64,000 nt of DNA from a virus. Taxonomy: Duplodnaviria > Caudoviricetes. The stretch's first letter is position 1. Every line of letters begins with the position of its first letter. Positions 59,173-64,000 of the stretch are shown here, one piece after another. The notes beneath the pieces were generated by a model that was given only the letters and a program-made list of their open reading frames with translations, was not told where the DNA came from and did not search any database. The DNA is taken from IMG/VR virus record IMGVR_UViG_3300044655_001017; one strand, 5' to 3'. The position numbers were made by a program, and so were the translations under genes.

Positions 59173-60098
59173 TAAACATATCCAAAACTATTGTTAAGAT
59201 ACCCGCCTGCAACAAAGTTGTCTAAGCTAAATTTGCGAGCACTTGTTCTACTATACATAGGTGTTAAATTTACAGTGAATGTACTTTTAGTTGGTACATA
59301 TGCAGTTCCGCCGCCCATTGATCCGCCAAACCCTAAAGAATTAGCCATAGTTGCTACAGATGAAATTCCATCTGTAATGTCAGTTATTTTATCAGTTACT
59401 TTTGATACACCAAATGCACCACCAACTGCTCCTGCAATAGCACCTATCCCTCCTGCAGCCGAAGCAACTGCGCCAGCAATACTTGTGTTAGTTTGAACCG
59501 GAATGTAATCACATTCTGCATTTAAATTTGTACTAAAACTAGTTACTACAACCGGAACATTATTAAACACATAACTCCCGTACCCATTTAGCTGCACAAT
59601 TGGCGGCGGGTTACCTGCTTTTGGATCGTTACCTGAAAACATCTTTGTCATTGCCCTGAAATAATGTAATGCAGCAATCCAATACAACGCTTGTGCATTA
59701 TCTTCAACATTCATCGGAGCAGTAATAGTAATTGTACCAGGATCACTATGCTGATATGTATTAAATTTAAAATTTGAATGAACTGGTGTCATTGCCGAAT
59801 ACGATGCACTATTACTAAGCTGAATTGACGGAGTGTATGGAAATATCATACCGCCTGCATCTTTTAACGGTTTTAATACTGGACTACCCCTAAAACTTGG
59901 CCATGTTGGTAATGTCATTCTTACTCGCCAATCGTCAATTGTACTATCTTTATATACAGAATACACACTCATTAAATCACCTGCAACTTCGCCAGCTCGT
60001 GGTAATGTTGCCGATCGTATGTTACTCATAAAATTTATTGCACCACCTGCTGCACCTATACCGGCTGCTGCTGCGGCGCCTGCGCCTGCTATTGACAT
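59172..60098 (-). CDS. Tail tube initiator / baseplate-tube junction (gp48/gp54-like)
   Basis: FPYTPSI...S....ITITA...GNPPPIV.LNGYG...VPVVVTSF pattern; first gene of the tail module. Confidence 0.6.
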   Translation of the reverse strand: MSIAGAGAAAAAGIGAAGGAINFMSNIRSATLPRAGEVAGDLMSVYSVYKDSTIDDWRVRMTLPTWPSFRGSPVLKPLKDAGGMIFPYTPSIQLSNSASYSAMTPVHSNFKFNTYQHSDPGTITITAPMNVEDNAQALYWIAALHYFRAMTKMFSGNDPKAGNPPPIVQLNGYGSYVFNNVPVVVTSFSTNLNAECDYIPVQTNTSIAGAVASAAGGIGAIAGAVGGAFGVSKVTDKITDITDGISSVATMANSLGFGGSMGGGTAYVPTKSTFTVNLTPMYSRTSARKFSLDNFVAGGYLNNSFGYV

Positions 60099-60121
60099 AT
60101 TTAATTCCTTTATTATTGTAT

Positions 60122-60129
60122 TATTTATT
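60122..60129 (-). promoter_or_regulatory. Putative late promoter for the tail operon (AATAAATA)
   Basis: About 24 nt before the start at 60098, ahead of an AAGGA RBS. Confidence 0.5.
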
Positions 60130-60157
60130 TGACTTTATTAACTGTAGAGTTTATAAT
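60129..60157 (+). promoter_or_regulatory. Sigma70-type promoter for gp55-gp47-gp46
   Basis: TTGACT (60129-60134), 17 bp spacer, TATAAT (60152-60157). Confidence 0.8.
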
Positions 60158-60182
60158 ATACATGTAAATGGAGATACGAACA

Positions 60183-61007
60183 ATGCTTACACCAAAAGTA
60201 AATTACTTAAATAATAAAGATATGCTGTTAGAAATACATAGATCAAAAAGTTCTTATTGTGTTTTTACAAACCCGTCATACCACCAATATGATATTATTT
60301 TACCCGGAGTGGATAAAATAAACATCCGCACTATCGCTACTGCAAAACGGAATCAAGCAAAGCGTATAGGGGACTTAGCGTATTTAACTAGAAAGAGCGA
60401 AGGCGAAAAAATTAAACAAGCCGAATGTGAAGTAAATTATAAAACTATTTCAAAAGACAGTTTAGTATTTAGAATTATGACATACGATCATATTCCACTT
60501 AACTCAGTTAGGAAGAAAAATCCAAAAACAGAAGCAGATAAACGAGAAAAAGTTAACTTTCCACCTTTTCAACACTGGAAATTTATAGACAACACGCTAG
60601 TATGTGTAGGCAAAAGCCATTGGAGCGGCGACTTAGAAACTGGACATTTTGATAAAAATGCAGGTCAGATTACTAATACGCTAGCTCGTATGATGATTAA
60701 ATTATGTGAACGTTATGCTACTAGAGGAAACGTTAGGGGTTACACATACAACGATGAGATGCGTGGACAAGCAATACTGCAATTAACACAGATTGGATTA
60801 CAATTTGACGAATCTAAGTCAGATAACCCGTTTGCTTATTTTACAGCAGCAGTTACTAATAGTTTTGTTAGAGTTATTAACATTGAAAAACGAAATCAAA
60901 ATATTAGAGATGACATTTTAGAAATGAACGGAATGAATCCATCTTACACTAGAACAGGATCCGAGGAATACGAGAATGCAATGCGACGATCAGACGAATA
61001 CGAATAA
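60183..61007 (+). CDS. gp55: Late-transcription sigma factor (T4 gp55-like)
   Basis: NYLNNKDML and RGYTYNDEM...FDESKSDNPFAYFT...IEK match gp55; followed by gp47/gp46 as in T4. GGAG RBS favours the ATG at 60183 over 60168. Confidence 0.85.
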   Translation: MLTPKVNYLNNKDMLLEIHRSKSSYCVFTNPSYHQYDIILPGVDKINIRTIATAKRNQAKRIGDLAYLTRKSEGEKIKQAECEVNYKTISKDSLVFRIMTYDHIPLNSVRKKNPKTEADKREKVNFPPFQHWKFIDNTLVCVGKSHWSGDLETGHFDKNAGQITNTLARMMIKLCERYATRGNVRGYTYNDEMRGQAILQLTQIGLQFDESKSDNPFAYFTAAVTNSFVRVINIEKRNQNIRDDILEMNGMNPSYTRTGSEEYENAMRRSDEYE

Positions 61008-61227
61008 TACACTAGATATAGCACATCCTGCACTTGATGATGCTTATCAAATTCTTAAAGAAGAACACTTGGATGCTAAAGCTAGTTATATTGAAAAACT
61101 GTTTGAAGAAACTTATAAATGCAAAGTAAATTTTAACAGTAGCTTTGGCGGTTCAGTTACATTTAACACAAACAAAGATTTAGTTTGGTTTTTATTAAAA
61201 TACGACTCAACAGGAAATAATGGATAA
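60976..61227 (+). CDS. Hypothetical protein
   Basis: 83 aa, fills the gap between gp55 and gp47; start uncertain. Confidence 0.5.
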   Translation: MQCDDQTNTNNTLDIAHPALDDAYQILKEEHLDAKASYIEKLFEETYKCKVNFNSSFGGSVTFNTNKDLVWFLLKYDSTGNNG

Positions 61228-62233
61228 TTTATTTAAAAAAGCAGCAGTTTTTACAGATATCCACTTTGGATTAAAGTCAAATAGCAGTGTACACAATCAA
61301 GATTGTGAAGATTTTATAGATTGGTACATTGGTACTGCTAAAACAGAAGGGTGTGATGTTGGAATCTTTATGGGAGATTGGCATCACAATCGCAACAGTT
61401 TAAACATTACAACAATGGATTACAGTCTAAGAGCATTAGAGAAATTAGGCCAAGCGTTTGATGAATTTTACTTTTTTCCTGGTAATCACGACCTATATTA
61501 CAAAGATAAACGTGACATACACAGCGTTGAATTTGGCAAATATATCCCCGGAATTACAGTAGTTCATCATCCAACTACCATTGGAAATGTTACATTATGC
61601 CCTTGGTTAGTACATGATGAATGGAAAGAAATTGGTAAGAAAGGTGCGAAATATATCTTTGGACACTTTGAATTACCGCATTTTTTTATGAACGCAATGG
61701 TACAAATGCCTGATCACGGTGAGATTAGTTTAGACTCTTTTAGCAGTTACGAACTTGGTTTTAGTGGTCATTTTCACAAAAGACAACAACGTGAAAACAT
61801 GCATTACATCGGTAATGCATTTCCTCATAACTATGCAGATGCATGGGATGATGCAAGAGGTATGATGACATTAGAGTGGGGCGGACAACCAGAATTCTTT
61901 ACATGGCCCAATCAACCTACATTTAGAACTGTTAAATTAAGTCAACTTTTAGACGATGCTGATAATATTCTTAAACCAAATCAACACTTAAGAGTAGCAT
62001 TAGATATTGATATTAGCTTTGAAGAAGCTAGCTTTATTAAAGAAAAGTTTATTGGAGATTACAAATTAAGAGAACTTAAAGTAATTGAAGAACGCAAATC
62101 GATAGACGTAACAAGCAATGTAGATATTGAAGCATTTGAAAGTATAGACGAAATTGTAGCTACTCAAATTGTAAACATTGACTCAGAAACATATAACAAA
62201 AACACATTATTATCAATCTATAGCAATTTATGA
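61220..62233 (+). CDS. gp47: Recombination endonuclease subunit (gp47 / Mre11 / SbcD-like)
   Basis: Phosphoesterase motifs DIHFG, GDWHH, GNHD, GHF and SGHFH. Confidence 0.93.
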   Translation: MDNLFKKAAVFTDIHFGLKSNSSVHNQDCEDFIDWYIGTAKTEGCDVGIFMGDWHHNRNSLNITTMDYSLRALEKLGQAFDEFYFFPGNHDLYYKDKRDIHSVEFGKYIPGITVVHHPTTIGNVTLCPWLVHDEWKEIGKKGAKYIFGHFELPHFFMNAMVQMPDHGEISLDSFSSYELGFSGHFHKRQQRENMHYIGNAFPHNYADAWDDARGMMTLEWGGQPEFFTWPNQPTFRTVKLSQLLDDADNILKPNQHLRVALDIDISFEEASFIKEKFIGDYKLRELKVIEERKSIDVTSNVDIEAFESIDEIVATQIVNIDSETYNKNTLLSIYSNL

Positions 62234-63993
62234 AACTACAAAATTTAACTGTGAAAAACTTTATGAGTGTTGGTAATCAGACTCAAGCTGTAGACTTTGA
62301 GAAAGAAAACCTAACACTTGTACTAGGAGAAAACTTAGATCAAGGCGGTGATGATGCAGGATCTAGAAACGGTACAGGCAAAACTACTATCGTAAATGCG
62401 CTCAGTTATGCGCTTTACGGTACTGCTCTTACTAACATTAAAAAAGACAATTTAATCAACAAAATTAATAATAAGAACATGTTAGTTACACTATCTTTTG
62501 AAAAGGATGGTAACACATATCGCATCGAACGTGGTCGTAAACCAACTGTTCTTAAGTTTTTTGTTAATGAAGAATCACAAGTTTTAGCAGACGATGCACA
62601 AGGCGATATGCGTGAAACACAGAAAGACTTACATCATTTGTTTGGTATGAGTCATGATATGTTCAAACATATTGTTGCATTAAACACTTATACAGAACCG
62701 TTCTTATCAATGAGAGCAAATGATCAACGAGAGATCATCGAACAATTGCTAGGTATTACATTACTCAGTGAAAAAGCCGAAGCACTTAAAGAGCAAGTTA
62801 GGCAAACCAAAGATACGATTTATCAAGAAACTGCTAATATTGAAGCTGCTAAAAAGTCAAATGAGAAGATTCAACAGAGCATCGATACATTACTTTTAAG
62901 ACAAAAAGCATGGTATAATCAACAAGAAACTGACTTAGAAAAACTTGCTCGTGCTATTGTAGAGATGGAAGGTGTAGATATTGAAGCTGAAATTGCCAAT
63001 CATGCATTGTTAAAAGAGTACTTAGAACAACGTGCAACAATGGCAAGTCTTAACAAAGAAAAAGCAACTTTAGAGTCTGCATCAAGTCAAGCTACTAAAA
63101 CTAGAGACAAGTATGTTAAAGAAATTGATTCATTAGATAACAAGAAATGTCATGCTTGTGACCAAGAATTACATGATCATAAACACGAAGAATTATTAGA
63201 AACTGCTACACAACATTTGCTTGAAGCACAGAAATATTATGATAAAGTACTAACAGATCACACTAAAATCTGTGAAGAACTTAGCAAGGTTACAGTAATT
63301 AATACACGCCCAAATACATATTATGAAACACTAGAAGATGCATTAAAACATCAAACTAACTTTAGATCATTAGAACAACAGTTAGAAATTAAAGCAGTAG
63401 ATACTGATCCGTATCAAGAACAGATTGACGAAATGCGCAATGCTGCACTACAAGATATTAGTTGGGATATTATCAATGAAGCAAATACACTTAAAGATCA
63501 TCAAGAGTTTTTGCTTAAACTATTAACAAACAAAGACAGTTTTATCCGTAAAAAGATTATAGATCAAAACTTAGCGTACTTAAACAACCGTTTAACATAC
63601 TACTTAGATAAGATGGGGTTGCCGCATAATGTAGTATTTCAAAATGATTTAACTGTCGAAATTACACAACTTGGACAGGATTTAGATTTTCATAATCTTT
63701 CAAGAGGAGAAATGAATAGAGTTATTATTTCGTTAAGTTTAGCTTTTCGAGATGTATGGGAAAGCTTATATCAAAAAATTAACCTACTGTTTGTTGACGA
63801 ATTGTTAGACAACGGGCTTGATTCAAACGGCATTGAGTGTGCGTTGTCAATCTTAAAAGCTAGAGCTAGACAATCAGATTCGTCAATTTGGTTAATTAGT
63901 CATAAAGAAGAATTAATCGGACGAGTAGACAACATATTGCGAGTTTACAAAGAAAACGGTTTTACGAATTACGATTATCCAACTATACAATGA
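62230..63993 (+). CDS. gp46: Recombination ATPase subunit (gp46 / Rad50 / SbcC-like)
   Basis: Walker A NGTGKT, zinc hook CHAC in coiled coil, signature LSRGE, Walker B LFVDE, switch ISH. Confidence 0.94.
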   Translation: MKLQNLTVKNFMSVGNQTQAVDFEKENLTLVLGENLDQGGDDAGSRNGTGKTTIVNALSYALYGTALTNIKKDNLINKINNKNMLVTLSFEKDGNTYRIERGRKPTVLKFFVNEESQVLADDAQGDMRETQKDLHHLFGMSHDMFKHIVALNTYTEPFLSMRANDQREIIEQLLGITLLSEKAEALKEQVRQTKDTIYQETANIEAAKKSNEKIQQSIDTLLLRQKAWYNQQETDLEKLARAIVEMEGVDIEAEIANHALLKEYLEQRATMASLNKEKATLESASSQATKTRDKYVKEIDSLDNKKCHACDQELHDHKHEELLETATQHLLEAQKYYDKVLTDHTKICEELSKVTVINTRPNTYYETLEDALKHQTNFRSLEQQLEIKAVDTDPYQEQIDEMRNAALQDISWDIINEANTLKDHQEFLLKLLTNKDSFIRKKIIDQNLAYLNNRLTYYLDKMGLPHNVVFQNDLTVEITQLGQDLDFHNLSRGEMNRVIISLSLAFRDVWESLYQKINLLFVDELLDNGLDSNGIECALSILKARARQSDSSIWLISHKEELIGRVDNILRVYKENGFTNYDYPTIQ

Positions 63994-64000
63994 AACAGTC

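Noticed and set aside
20855-59496. Many short + strand ORFs antisense to the structural genes (e.g. 27644-28204, 37845-38420, 55931-56440)
   Set aside because: Shadow ORFs of long - strand genes with biased composition; no RBS or domain motifs.
1-64000. Stop-codon reassignment, as seen in some large phages
   Set aside because: Genes up to 12.7 kb read through uninterrupted in the standard code with dense packing; conserved genes are not fragmented.
63990-64000. ATG overlapping the gp46 stop, starting a next gene
   Set aside because: Only 11 bases are inside the window, so it cannot be characterised.

Overview
AT-rich segment of a large T4-superfamily (jumbo-myophage-like) dsDNA phage genome in three blocks. 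(1) About 1-20.6 kb, + strand: replication and nucleotide metabolism genes (T4 DsbA-like protein, family B DNA polymerase, probable sliding clamp, RNase H/FEN nuclease, ThyX, MoxR-type AAA+ ATPase with a metallopeptidase-vWA partner). Embedded in it is a 7-deazaguanine DNA-modification cluster: DpdA/TGT-fold transglycosylase, QueD/DpdL-like T-fold protein, FolE and QueE, interleaved with a GT-B glycosyltransferase, a Gpt-like phosphoribosyltransferase and several unknown ORFs. No QueC or canonical QueD is in the window. (2) About 20.7-60.1 kb, - strand: contractile-tail baseplate/fibre module (gp48/54-, gp53-, hub-, gp5-, gp25-, gp6-like genes, a 4222-aa protein, a gp9-like repeat protein, a subtilisin-like protease, three paralogous fibre proteins and a 3274-aa Ig/FN3 adhesin-like fibre). 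(3) About 60.2-64 kb, + strand: gp55-like late sigma factor, gp47 (Mre11-like) and gp46 (Rad50-like). Near-consensus sigma70 promoters precede + strand genes and TAAATA-core late-promoter-like motifs precede structural genes. The best candidate for an undescribed system is the deazaguanine cluster with glycosyltransferase and PRTase, whose DpdA carries an NNLFDF motif resembling the polymerase C-terminal NSLFEF putative clamp-binding motif. All calls come from motif recognition by eye; no database searches were run.
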